Source of the DNA: an uncultured cyanobacterium | GTDB lineage: Bacteria; Cyanobacteriota; Cyanobacteriia; PCC-6307; Cyanobiaceae | DNA: 64,000 bases | Assembly: GCA_963765575.1 (NCBI GenBank) | Contig: CAVXWZ010000002.1 | Span: 192,001-256,000, forward strand | Reading direction: 5' to 3' | Shown here: positions 1-10,171 of the stretch, one piece after another | Position numbering within the stretch: position 1 is the first letter of the stretch | Layout: each line of letters starts with the position of its first letter | Translations under genes and position numbers: made by a program | The notes under the pieces: generated by a model | The model's input: only the letters and a program-made list of their open reading frames with translations | What the model was told of the DNA's origin: nothing | The model's database searches: none

Positions 1-1
1 C

Positions 2-493
2 GGGGACAGGGCCTCCTCGGAGCAGGCCCTGCTGCACGCCCTGCACGCCCTGGCCCAGCGGGGACCCCTGCCCGGGCTGTTCGTGTTTCTGCAGTGCACC
101 TCGCCGTTCACCCGCCCGGAGCACATCGATGCGGTGGTGGAACAGTTGCAGGCCAGCGACGCCGCCATGGCGTTCAGCGTTGTGCCATGGCACGGTTTCC
201 TCTGGGGTCGCGATGGCAGCGGCCACGGCGTGGGGGTGAACCACGATCCCAGCCTGCCGCGCCCGCGCCGCCAGGATCTCCCCCCGACCTACCTGGAGAC
301 CGGGGCGATCTACGCCATCCGCATGGGGCCCTTTCTCGAGCAGGGCACACGCTTCGTGCTGCCCACCCTGCCGGTGCCGATCGACGCTCCCGCACCGGAG
401 ATCGACAGCGCCGAGGATCTCGCCCTCTGCCGACAGCTGGCCCCCCTGCTGGATCGGCCCCTGGCCGGAACCAGCGTGGAGATCACCCCTTGA
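2..493 (+). CDS. neuA: Acylneuraminate (CMP-nonulosonate) cytidylyltransferase, 5'-truncated by window edge
   Basis: Frame is open from base 2 (GDRASSEQALLHAL...). Motifs LQCTSPF, RPRRQDLP, YLETGAIY and EIDSAEDL are typical of NeuA; neuB lies downstream. Confidence 0.88.
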   Translation, partial: GDRASSEQALLHALHALAQRGPLPGLFVFLQCTSPFTRPEHIDAVVEQLQASDAAMAFSVVPWHGFLWGRDGSGHGVGVNHDPSLPRPRRQDLPPTYLETGAIYAIRMGPFLEQGTRFVLPTLPVPIDAPAPEIDSAEDLALCRQLAPLLDRPLAGTSVEITP

Positions 494-1779
494 GCTGCCT
501 GCAGGGAAAACACGTCGCCGCCCTGGCCTGCTTCGATTCGTTCGGCAAGACGGCCATGAACCTTCTGCATGTGGCGCGGCGGGAGGGTGCCGAGACCACC
601 CTGCACCTGATGGAGCTGCCGGGTCGCAAGCTGTCCCGCCGCCAGGTGCTGGAGATCCGCCGCATCGCCCCGCGCACAGTGGTGCGTCAGCACCTGTGGG
701 ATCAGCTGCGCAGTCTGCGCAGCGAGCTGGCCTCGCTCGACGCCCTGGTGCTCGGCCTTGATGGGCGACGCACCCGGGAGACCCTGCTGCTGCTGCAATC
801 GGAGTGGGCCGGTGAGCCGCGGCGGCCCGTGCTGGTGAGTGCCTACCCCGGCATCCTCTTCCGCCATCAGCTCGAGGGGATGATGGACCGCTCCGGCGTG
901 GATCTGCTCTGCCTCAACGCCGACGTGGACGGGCAGCTCTACCAGCGCGGCTGTGGGGCCCTGGGACTCGATGGCGGCAACGCCCTGGTGACCGGCCTGC
1001 CGATCCTGTGGTCGCTGAAGCCGCGGCAGACGGCCCCTGAGCAGGGCCCGATCGTGTTCTTCGAGCAACCCTCGGTGCCGGACAACCCGATCCAACGCAA
1101 ATACCTCTGCCGCCGCCTCGCGGATCTGGCCCGGGCCTGGCCGGAGCAGCCGGTGATCTTCAAGCCCCGCACCTCCAGCGTGGAGGCCACCCTGCACCGT
1201 CACCACGGCGAGATGACCCGCCGGGTGGCCAAGATCAGCCGCAAACTCACCAACCTGCGGATCAGCCACAAGCCCAGCCTGGCGCTTCTGCAGCGCTGCG
1301 CCTGTGCCATCACCGTGTCCTCCACCGCCGCCATGGAGGCCATGGCCCTGGGGGTGAGCACCCGCATCGTCACCGACCTGGGGGTCAACGAGTCCCTCGG
1401 CAACCACTACTTTCTCGGCTCCGGAGCCCTGGCCGACTTCGACGCCATCGTGCGCGACCCCTTCACCCCCCGCCACGACGGAGACTGGCTGCACGCTCAC
1501 GGCTACTGCCGCGAGGGCGCGGAGCGCTTCGTGGCGGCCCTGACCGCCAGGCTGGAGCAGCCGCCGGTCCCCGGCGGCCAGGCCCGGCCTGGCCCTCCCG
1601 GCTGGGGCAGTGAGGCCTGGCAGGCCTACGCCCTGGCCCGGGGCGGACGGCGCATGCTCAGTTCGGCCGGCGCCCGCTCCCGCCAGGGGGCCAGCCACCG
1701 CGGCCGCGATCTGCTGCGCCGCATCCGCGAGCAACTGGTGGGGATGTGGGGGATGGAACGGCTGCTCAAGGGGCGATGA
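490..1779 (+). CDS. DUF6716-like putative GT-B glycosyltransferase, paralogue 1
   Basis: TTG at 490 overlaps the neuA stop. Motifs DLLCLN, TGLP, IVFFEQPSVP, VIFKPR, ITVSSTAAMEA, YFLGSG are shared with the next two genes. Confidence 0.7.
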   Translation: MSCLQGKHVAALACFDSFGKTAMNLLHVARREGAETTLHLMELPGRKLSRRQVLEIRRIAPRTVVRQHLWDQLRSLRSELASLDALVLGLDGRRTRETLLLLQSEWAGEPRRPVLVSAYPGILFRHQLEGMMDRSGVDLLCLNADVDGQLYQRGCGALGLDGGNALVTGLPILWSLKPRQTAPEQGPIVFFEQPSVPDNPIQRKYLCRRLADLARAWPEQPVIFKPRTSSVEATLHRHHGEMTRRVAKISRKLTNLRISHKPSLALLQRCACAITVSSTAAMEAMALGVSTRIVTDLGVNESLGNHYFLGSGALADFDAIVRDPFTPRHDGDWLHAHGYCREGAERFVAALTARLEQPPVPGGQARPGPPGWGSEAWQAYALARGGRRMLSSAGARSRQGASHRGRDLLRRIREQLVGMWGMERLLKGR

Positions 1780-2840
1780 GGCTGGCCCTGATCAGTGATT
1801 CCGTGGCCGCCCTGCAGGCCAGCTGCCGCCTGGCGCGGCTGTTGGAAGCGGCTGGGATCGGCGTGACCCGGATCGTCTCGCCGGCTCTGCAGGCGCAGCT
1901 GCAGGGCCCCTCACCCGCCAACGCCAATGCCAACGCCGAGGCTGTACTCGTGCTGGAGCCACTCGGCCTCGCCAGCAGCGAGCTGATGGACCACTTCGAT
2001 GGGGCGGGGGTGTTCCTGGCACCCGAGCTGCTGCAGCCCTTCCGGAACGCCTACCGGCGGGCGGCCCAGCTGCGTGGCCGCCCCCCCCGGCCCCTGTTCA
2101 CCGGGCCGTTGCTGCCGCTGGTGGGCGATGGGCTGAGCGAGGATCTGTTGCCCCGGCTGGGCTACGACCTGATCTGCCTGCACGGACAGACGCAGGTGGA
2201 GGAGCTGGGCTGGCTGATCCAGGGCACGGCGCACGCCGCCCAGGTCCACGCCGCCATCGGCCTCTGGAGTGTGGCCACCGCACCGATCGGTCTGGCTGTC
2301 AGTGAGCAGCCGCAGGTGCTCATCCTTGAGCAGCAGGAGATCCCTGCGGGGGCCCGGGAGACGGCCCTGCTCTATCGCCGGTTCAAGGGCCTGGCCCTGG
2401 CGTCTCCGGACTGGATCGTGCGCCTGCAGCCCGACCAGCCGCTGCCGAGCGATCCCGAGCTGTGGAGTGAGGCGACGTTCGCCTGGCAGTACCACCAGGA
2501 CGGCGCCCGGCCCGCCAACCTCCAGCTGGGGCGGCATGACGACCTGCCCCTCAGCCTGATGCAGGCCTGGGCCTGCCTGGGGATCAGCTCGAGCTGGCTG
2601 CTGAGCGCCATGGTGTGGGAGAAGCCCACAGCGGTGCTGGGGGATTACGGCATCCGCACCGAGTTCGGCGGTCCCCTGTTCTTCGGTTCCGGCACGATGC
2701 GCCGGCTGGCGGACTGTCAGCCGTTGGAGCAGCTGCTCAAGGTGCCAGCGGCCAATCCCGGCTGGCTGGCCGACCTGGGCTGGGCGATTGACGATGGACC
2801 GCAACGGCTGCGCCGAGAGCTGGAGGCGCTGGCCCGATGA
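1776..2840 (+). CDS. DUF6716-like putative glycosyltransferase, paralogue 2 (divergent motifs)
   Basis: ATGA overlap with the previous gene. RLGYDLICLHG, LILEQQEIP, GDYGIRTEFGGPLFFGSG, NPGWL match the paralogues. Confidence 0.65.
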   Translation: MRLALISDSVAALQASCRLARLLEAAGIGVTRIVSPALQAQLQGPSPANANANAEAVLVLEPLGLASSELMDHFDGAGVFLAPELLQPFRNAYRRAAQLRGRPPRPLFTGPLLPLVGDGLSEDLLPRLGYDLICLHGQTQVEELGWLIQGTAHAAQVHAAIGLWSVATAPIGLAVSEQPQVLILEQQEIPAGARETALLYRRFKGLALASPDWIVRLQPDQPLPSDPELWSEATFAWQYHQDGARPANLQLGRHDDLPLSLMQAWACLGISSSWLLSAMVWEKPTAVLGDYGIRTEFGGPLFFGSGTMRRLADCQPLEQLLKVPAANPGWLADLGWAIDDGPQRLRRELEALAR

Positions 2841-4148
2841 CCCTGTCGTTGCTGCTGGTGGCCGACAGCGACAGCCAGTTGCTGGCCTGCCAGGCGCTGG
2901 CGCGCTGCGCCGATGGGCACCGGGCCCGGGTGACCGTGAACGCGGTGCCACGGGAGGGCACCCCCGCCGCGGTGCTGGAGGCGCTGCAGAGCGATCGGGC
3001 ATGTGCGGCAGCAGCCTCTGCGGCAACTGCTGGCCGACAACCGTCTGGATGACTTCGATGCCATCGGGGTGTACCTCACCGGCAGCAAGCTGGCGGAGTT
3101 CCGCAGCGTGTACCTCACCAGCCGCCGACAGCAGCAGCGGCCGCCGCGGCCCCTCTTCTGCGGCTTCAACGGTGTGGTGCTGCAGCGCTTCGAGGAGGCG
3201 ATCGCCTGGCGGCTGGGCTACGACCTGATCTGTCTCAATGGCCCCCGCGACCAGGCCCGGCTGGAGCTGATGCTGCGGCACACGCCCTTTGCGGGCCAGC
3301 GCTCTGTGCTCACCGGCCTGGGCCGCCAACAGGGCGGCGGGAGCGGCCTTGAGCGCGCCAAACGGATGGTGTTCGCCGAGCAGGTGGTGATGCCGGCTGA
3401 CGGGGACGAGCGCCGCCGGCTGGTGCGGATCCTGGCGGCCCTGGCCCGCCGCTCTCCCGATTGGGAGCTGCTGATCAAACCCCGGGTTGCCCCCCATGAG
3501 AGCACCTTCCACGCGGTGGGCACCCACATCAGCGACACCTTGGTGGAGACCCTGGGCAGCCCTCCCGCCAACCTGCGGCTCAGCTACGCGCCGCTGGCGG
3601 ATCTGCTGCCCAGCAGCCGCCTGCTGGCCACGGTGTCGTCCACCGCCGTCTTTGACGCCCTCGACCTGGGCTGCAGGCCTGTGGTGATGGGCGATTTCGG
3701 GCTGCGTCAGGATCTCGGCAGCCCGTTCTTCGCCGGCTCCGGGCTGCTGCGCAGTTTTGAGCAGGCCGCCGACCTCGACAGCCTCGCCTCCGGCTTGTCG
3801 CCCAACCCCGACTGGCTGGAGTGGGTGGGCTACCACCCCCGCTTCACACCCGACAACCTGCTCGATGCCTTGCAGGAGCTGGCGGACCAGCCCCGGCGGC
3901 CGGCGCCTGAACTGCAGCATCCGGGCTACACGATCAACGCCGCCGAGCTGGCCACCAACCAGCTGCGTCGGGCGGCAGAAGCCGCCATGCGCCGCGCAGA
4001 TCCCAACGAGGCGATCCGCCTGCTGGAGATCGCCCAGCTGCAGCGGCCCGACAATCGCAACATCGCCCGGCGCCTGGCAGCCATGCGCCTCACCAACCCG
4101 ATCGCACGCCGGCTGGCCCTGCTGGTGACGCCAGGCTTTCGGCCGTAG
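2837..4148 (+). CDS. DUF6716-like putative glycosyltransferase, paralogue 3 (one frameshift near 2995)
   Basis: ATGA-coupled start (MTLSLLLVADSDSQL) continues in the +1 frame as ORF 3003..4148 with RLGYDLICLNG, VFAEQVVMP, LIKPR, TVSSTAVFDA, FFAGSG. Confidence 0.7.
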
Positions 4149-4183
4149 ATTCAGCCCACCAAGACAAGTCAGGCGGAGAGTCG

Positions 4184-6469
4184 GTGCAAGCGGTACAGAT
4201 CGAGCGCAACTTCACCCAGTTCGTCGTCTTCGCTGAAGACTCGATCCTCTCCGCCCTCAACAAGATCACGGCCAACAAGTCGCGGCTGATCTTCGTGGTC
4301 TCGGAAGGCGGCATCCTGCAGGGGGTGCTCAGCGACGGCGATTTCCGGCGCTGGATCGGCGGCAGCGATGTGATCGACCTGGGCCGGCCGGTGACCGCGG
4401 CCATGAACCCCACCTGCGTCTCCGCCTGCGATGGCACTCCCGGCGCCGAGCTGGCGGACCTCTTCTCGCAGAAGATCCAGGTGATCCCGCTGCTCGACGA
4501 CCACGGGCGGGTGGTGGCCGTGGCCCGCGCCGCCAAGCGCCAGCTGCAGCTGGCCGGCCGCCCGATCGGAGAGGGCGCGGCCGCCTTCGTGATCGCCGAG
4601 ATCGGCAACAACCACAACGGCCGTGTCGATCTCGCCCTGCGGCTGATCGATGCCGCCGCCGCCGCCGGCGCCGACTGCGCCAAGTTCCAGATGCGCGACA
4701 TGGGGCGCCTCTACGTGAACGCGGGCGACAGCAACGACATGGCCTCCGACCTGGGCACCCAGTACACGCTGGACCTGCTGGAGCGCTTCCAGCTCAGCGA
4801 CGACGAACTGTTCCGCTGCTTCGAGCACACCAGGGCGCGGGGCCTGATCCCGCTCTGCACCCCCTGGGACGAGACCAGCCTGGAGAAACTCGACCGCTGG
4901 GGCATGGCCGGCTTCAAGGTGGCGTCAGCGGACTTAACCAACCACGGCCTGCTCAGCGCCATCGCCGCCACCGGCAAGCCGCTGATCGCCTCCACCGGCA
5001 TGGCCACCGAACAGGAGATCGCCTCCGGCATCCGCCACCTGCGCCGACAGGGAGCCTCCTTCGTGCTGTTGCACTGCAACTCCACCTATCCCACGCCCTT
5101 CAAGGACGTGAACCTGCGCTATCTGCCGCGGCTGGCGGAACTGGCCGAGGGGCCGGTGGGCTACTCGGGCCATGAACGGGGCTTTGCCGTGCCGATCGCG
5201 GCCGTGGCCCTCGGCGCGGCCGTGGTGGAGAAGCACATCACCCTCGACCGCACCATGGAGGGCAACGACCACAAGGTGAGCCTGCTGCCCGAGGAGTTCC
5301 AGGCGATGGTGGCCGGCATCCGGGCGGTGGAGGAGTCGATGGGCTCGGAGGCCGCCCGCAGCATCAGCCAGGGGGAGCTGATGAACCGGGAGGTGCTGGC
5401 CAAGAGCCTGGTGGCGGCCTGCCCGATCGCGGCCGGCACCCCGGTGACCCGCGAGATGGTGCGCATCCAGAGCCCGGGCCAGGGCCTGCAGCCCTACCGG
5501 CTCAACGACCTGCTGGGCCGCTCCCTGAGTGGCAGCAAGGGCGAGGGCGAGTTCTTCTTCGAGTCTGATCTGCATCGGCCCGCAGCCTTGCCCCGGCCCT
5601 ACCGCTTCGCCAACCGCTTCGGCGTGCCGGTGCGTTACCACGACCTGGCCAGTTTCTCCGGCGCCAGCAACCTCGACCTGGTGGAGATCCACCTCAGCTA
5701 CAAGGATGTGGAGGTGGACATCGACGCGGTGCTGCCCCCGCAGGTGCCCATGGGCCTGGTGGTGCATGCGCCGGAGCTGTTCGCCGGCGACCACACCCTG
5801 GATCTCTGCAGCCTCGATGCCGACTACCGCTGCCATTCGGTGGCCGAACTGCAGCGGGTGATCGACCTCTCCGCCCGCCTGCGCCGTCGCTTCAACTGCC
5901 CCGAGCCGGTGCAGCTGGTGACCAACGTGGGCGGTTTCTCCAGCCAGCGCCACCTGGGCCCCGGGGAGCGGGGGGCACTGCTGGAGCAGCTGGTGCAGAG
6001 CCTGCGTCAGCTGCACGGCGACGAGGTGGAGATCATTCCCCAGACCATGCCGCCCTTCCCCTGGCACTTCGGGGGCCAGCGCTTCCACAACCTGTTCGTG
6101 GACGCCGAGACGATCGAGGCCTTCTGCCGCAGCCAGGCCATGCGGGTGTGCCTGGATGTGTCCCATTCCAAGCTCGCCTGCAACCACCTGCACGAACCCT
6201 TCTCCGTCTTCCTGGAGCGGATCCTGCCGTTCACCGCCCACCTGCACCTGGCCGATGCGGCCGGCGTGGACGGTGAAGGTCTGCAGATCGACGAGGGCGA
6301 AGTGGACTGGGCCAGCGTGTTCCGCCTGCTCGATCAGCTGGCTCCGCGGGCCTCCTTCATCCCCGAGATCTGGCAGGGCCACAAGAACAACGGAGAGGGG
6401 GCCTGGCTGGCGCTGGAGCGGCTGGAGCACCACCAGCTTGCGCAGCAGCGCACCCCGGTCGCTGCATGA
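4184..6469 (+). CDS. neuB: Nonulosonate (N-acetylneuraminate-type) synthase with N-terminal CBS pair, SAF domain and C-terminal xylose-isomerase-like TIM barrel
   Basis: NeuB core: IAEIGNNHNG, CAKFQ, KVASADLTN, LLHCNSTYP, GYSGHERG, EKHITLD. CBS-like GVLSDGDFRRW. C-terminal CLDVSH, HLHLADA, IPEIWQGH. Confidence 0.9.
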   Translation: MQAVQIERNFTQFVVFAEDSILSALNKITANKSRLIFVVSEGGILQGVLSDGDFRRWIGGSDVIDLGRPVTAAMNPTCVSACDGTPGAELADLFSQKIQVIPLLDDHGRVVAVARAAKRQLQLAGRPIGEGAAAFVIAEIGNNHNGRVDLALRLIDAAAAAGADCAKFQMRDMGRLYVNAGDSNDMASDLGTQYTLDLLERFQLSDDELFRCFEHTRARGLIPLCTPWDETSLEKLDRWGMAGFKVASADLTNHGLLSAIAATGKPLIASTGMATEQEIASGIRHLRRQGASFVLLHCNSTYPTPFKDVNLRYLPRLAELAEGPVGYSGHERGFAVPIAAVALGAAVVEKHITLDRTMEGNDHKVSLLPEEFQAMVAGIRAVEESMGSEAARSISQGELMNREVLAKSLVAACPIAAGTPVTREMVRIQSPGQGLQPYRLNDLLGRSLSGSKGEGEFFFESDLHRPAALPRPYRFANRFGVPVRYHDLASFSGASNLDLVEIHLSYKDVEVDIDAVLPPQVPMGLVVHAPELFAGDHTLDLCSLDADYRCHSVAELQRVIDLSARLRRRFNCPEPVQLVTNVGGFSSQRHLGPGERGALLEQLVQSLRQLHGDEVEIIPQTMPPFPWHFGGQRFHNLFVDAETIEAFCRSQAMRVCLDVSHSKLACNHLHEPFSVFLERILPFTAHLHLADAAGVDGEGLQIDEGEVDWASVFRLLDQLAPRASFIPEIWQGHKNNGEGAWLALERLEHHQLAQQRTPVAA

Positions 6470-7247
6470 TGGCCGCCGACAGCGAGCGATCGGCTTTGGG
6501 CCAGCACTTCATCCTGTTCGAGCGCCTTCCGTTGATCTACGGACGGGTGCCGAAGGTGGCCAACTCCTCGGTGAAGGCGGCGCTCACCCGCCTGCTGGAT
6601 GAGCCGCCGGAGGAGGGCTGGCGTACGACCGCCGATGCCTTCTGGCGGGAGGGAACCCACGGGGAAACCAACCTGATCGATGCCGAGGCCGCCAGCCGGC
6701 GCCGCGCCACCCATCTGATTTTCAGCTTTGTGCGCAACCCCTTCGACCGGCTGGTGTCGGCCTACAACAACAAACTGATCGAGATCGAGCACCATCCCTG
6801 GCGCCATGGAGCGGATGGGGCTGGAGCAGCCACATGCCCTTCGAGCGCTTTCTGGAGGTGGTGGCCCGCACCACCGATGCCGATCTGGACGTGCACCTGC
6901 TGCCCCAGAGCTCGATCCTCTGTCGCGAGGGCGTGCCCGTGCCCGGCTTCATCGGCAAGCTGGAGGCGATGACCGACCATTGGCGGGCCCTGCGCCGCCG
7001 GCTGCGCCAGTGGGGACTGCCCGCCCTGGGCCGGCTGCCCGCCAAGAACGTGCGCCGGGGCGGCGACACCGACCTGAGTGGCTATTTTCATAGCCCGCGC
7101 CTGATCGAGCTGGCCCTGGAGCGCTATCGCCAGGACGTGGAGCTCTTCTACCCGGACCAGCCCGTCGCCGATCTGGCGCAGGGCCGGCTCACCCAGGCGC
7201 CTGCCGTGTGGGAGCGCTGCAGCGAGCCGGTGGGATCCCTGGCGTAG
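6466..7247 (+). CDS. Sulfotransferase family 2 protein (two +1 frameshifts near 6790 and 6830)
   Basis: RVPKVANSSVK (5'-PSB-like), FSFVRNPFDRLVSAY, HLLPQS, FIGKLE, YRQDVELFY lie across three successive frames (ORFs 6466, 6806, 6834). Confidence 0.75.
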
Positions 7248-7276
7248 CATCCGCAACAAAGTCGACACTGTTCGCT

Positions 7277-8107
7277 TTGGGCCTCAACCGCCGCCTGCGC
7301 AAGGAAATCGAGGCGGGACTGAAGGGCGAGCACCAGCAGGAGGTGGACCATCACCGGCGGGTCCTGCCCAACTTCATCATCATCGGCGCGGCCAAGTCGG
7401 CCACCACCACCCTCACCACAATCCTGCCCCGCCACCCGGAGTTCTTCATCAGCAAGCCCAAGGAGCCGAAGTTCTTCGGGCGTCGCTACGACAAGGGCTG
7501 GAGCTGGTACGCGCGCCTGTTCCGGCAAGGTCGGGCCTATCCCCTGCGGGGCGAGGGCAGCACGATGTACGCCAGTGCCCTGAACAGCTTCCAGCACGCC
7601 CCGGCACTGATGCATCGCTACCTGCCCAAGTTGAAGCTGGTGTATGTGGTGCGCCATCCCCTGGATCGCATCGAGTCCCAGTGGCGCCACCGCATGGGGC
7701 GCAAGCGGGGCACGCCCCGCTTCGAGGCCCTGCTGCGCTCCCGCCATCTGCGCAGGCTGGTGGTGGGCTGTTCGCTGTACCACGAGCGACTGGAGAGCTT
7801 CCGGGCGTTCTACCCCGATCACCAGATTCACTGCCTCACCTTCGAGGATCTGGTGAATCAGCCCCAGGCCACGCTCCAGGAGCTGCTGGAGTTCCTGGGA
7901 GCCTCCAGCAGCCCAGAGCACGTGGAGCTGTTGTTGGATGAGGGGGGACTGCCCCGGGTCAATGAGGCCGGGGACAAGGGCCGCAAACTGATCCAGCCTC
8001 CTGTGTGGCCGGCAAAGTTGCGCAGTCAGGTGGCGGAGCTGCTGCGACCCGACGCCGAGCGCATGCTGGCCTACATGAACAAGCCCCCGGGCACCTGGGT
8101 GCTCTGA
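7277..8107 (+). CDS. Sulfotransferase (Sulfotransfer_1/3 type)
   Basis: PNFIIIGAAKSATTTL, KEPKFF, GEGSTMY, VRHPLDRIES, FEDL. The TTG start at 7277 was chosen to avoid overlap; start is uncertain. Confidence 0.8.
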   Translation: MGLNRRLRKEIEAGLKGEHQQEVDHHRRVLPNFIIIGAAKSATTTLTTILPRHPEFFISKPKEPKFFGRRYDKGWSWYARLFRQGRAYPLRGEGSTMYASALNSFQHAPALMHRYLPKLKLVYVVRHPLDRIESQWRHRMGRKRGTPRFEALLRSRHLRRLVVGCSLYHERLESFRAFYPDHQIHCLTFEDLVNQPQATLQELLEFLGASSSPEHVELLLDEGGLPRVNEAGDKGRKLIQPPVWPAKLRSQVAELLRPDAERMLAYMNKPPGTWVL

Positions 8108-10163
8108 TGCCCATGCCTCCCCATACGGCCCATCTCGATCCCCTGCTGGATGCCCTCGTAGCCGGTTTGCCAGCGGCGCAGCCGCTGCAGGCGGACGCAG
8201 CGACGCCAGGCTGGGTGGCCCTGACGGGTGCGACCAGCGCCCACCAAAGCCCCTCCTGGCGCTTTGCCGAGCGCAGCGGCATCACCGGCGTCGTGGTGTG
8301 CCGCGATGCCGAACAGGCCCAGCAGCTGAGTGCGTTGCGGGGAGCCGATGCGGTGCTCCATTCCACGGCCCCCCTGGCCAGCCTGCTGGGAGAGGGCGAG
8401 TTGTCCGCGGCCCGGCTGCTGTTCATCGAAACCGCCAGCGCCGCGGGCAGCGACCTCAAGCTGAAGCTGGCCACCCCACCGGCGCTGGTGATCGCCGCCC
8501 TGCCCGCGGCGGGCCTGCGCCGGCAGTGGGGGATCCGGCGCCTGCAGCGGCGGCTGGGGCGCGCCGGCTACGACTGCATGGCCATGGGACGCGGCGAGGC
8601 CATCTACCGGCACCGCAGCCTGAACAAGGCCGCTGGCACCCCTGGACGCGCAGCCGCGGCCACGCTGGCGCCCACCCTGCGGGTCCACAGCTTCGATTTC
8701 TGGGACACCCTGATCACCCGTTGGCACCCCGACCCCAAGGTGGTGTTTGAGGTGGTGGGGGAGCGGGCCGGGATCGTCGATTTCCGCAGCCTGCGGGTTC
8801 AGGCCGAGCGCGACGGCCAGACAGCAGCACGGCAACTACACCCTGGATCACATCTACGACGTGCTGGTGGACCAGGGCAGCATCCCCGCCCAGCGACGCG
8901 GGGCCATCCAGCAGCTGGAGCTGGCGGTGGAGCAGGAATTCGCCCAGCCGGTGCGGGCCAATCTGGATCGCCTGCGGGCCGGAGATGTGCTGATCAGCGA
9001 CATGTATCTGTCGGCGGATCAGATGCGCAGCATCGCCCGCCCCTACGCCGATCTGGATCGTCACCCCTTCCTGGTGAGCTCGGGAGGCAAGAGCAGCGGC
9101 TCGCTCTGGCGGCAACTGAAGCAGGCCGGCATCGCCGCCCGGCACCTGGGTGACAACTACATGGGCGACTACGTGCGCGCCGCCAGGCGGGATCACCAGG
9201 TATCCCTGGTGCGGGAGTGCCGCTACTCCCCCCTGGAACTGCGCCTTGAGCGGGAGGGGCTGGTGGCCCTGGCCAACCTCATGCGCCTGCAACGGCTGGC
9301 CATCCCCCTGGCCCAGCAGCGCCAGGGTCAGCCGGCCACCGGCATCGACGGACTGCTGACGGTGCAGCGCCGCTTCAACCTGCCCCTGCTCTATCTGGTG
9401 GCCCTGGAGTTGCTGCAGCGCGGCCGCAAAGCCGACGGGACCAACTCATCTGCTCTTCTGCTCCCGTGACTGCGGCTATCTGCACGGGATCTACCGCGCC
9501 ATGGTGAAGGCCTGCGAGCAGGGCGAGGACGACTCGGAAGCCCGGCAGTCTGGAGCGTGCCAGCCGTTGGATCATTACTACCTCACCTCGCGCAAAGCCA
9601 AGCGCAAGGCCTCAAAGGGCTACGTGGCCTACAGCCGCTCGTTGCTGACTGCTGACAAGGATAAGCCCGATGTGCTGGTGGTGGACGTGCAGGGGAGTGG
9701 TCGCACCAGCCATGACTTCTTCGGCAAGCAGCTCAATCTGAAGATTCGCCAGCTGTTCATTTACACGAACCAATCCAGCCTGCCCATCTACAATGCCGAA
9801 GGGTTGCTGCCGCGCCATTTCGTGCGGCGCCTGCTGCCCCAGGCCTGCGACCTGCTGGAGGTACTGAATTACTCCTGCGACCATTCGCTGCTGGACATGC
9901 ATCAACTGGGAGCCGGGGGCTTCATTCCTGAATTCGAGCCCGAGAACCGCCCGGAGCGACTGCTGGAGATCTGCCGGAGCTTTGAGATATTTTTCCATCA
10001 GGTAAAGCGGCTGATGCATCAGGCGCCCTTTCAGCACCTGTTCCGACAGCATGACCTGCAGAATTTTCGCAGCGAGCATCTCGAGCTGCTTCAGGAGGTC
10101 GACGGTCTGGAGGATTTGCGCCTGCTGCGCGAACTCTACCTGCCCCACCATCGCCGCCACTGA
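8107..10163 (+). CDS. HAD-superfamily hydrolase-like protein of polysaccharide loci (frameshifts near 8815 and 9440)
   Basis: SFDFWDTLITR (HAD motif I-like), LISDMYL, HLGDNYMGDY, VVDVQGSGRTS occur in successive +1 frames (ORFs 8005, 8747, 9501). The ATG overlaps the previous stop. Confidence 0.6.
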
Positions 10164-10171
10164 ACATCGCG

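Noticed and set aside
1915..1938. gccaay hexamer repeat encoding ANANANA
   Set aside because: Short in-frame linker expansion of little significance.
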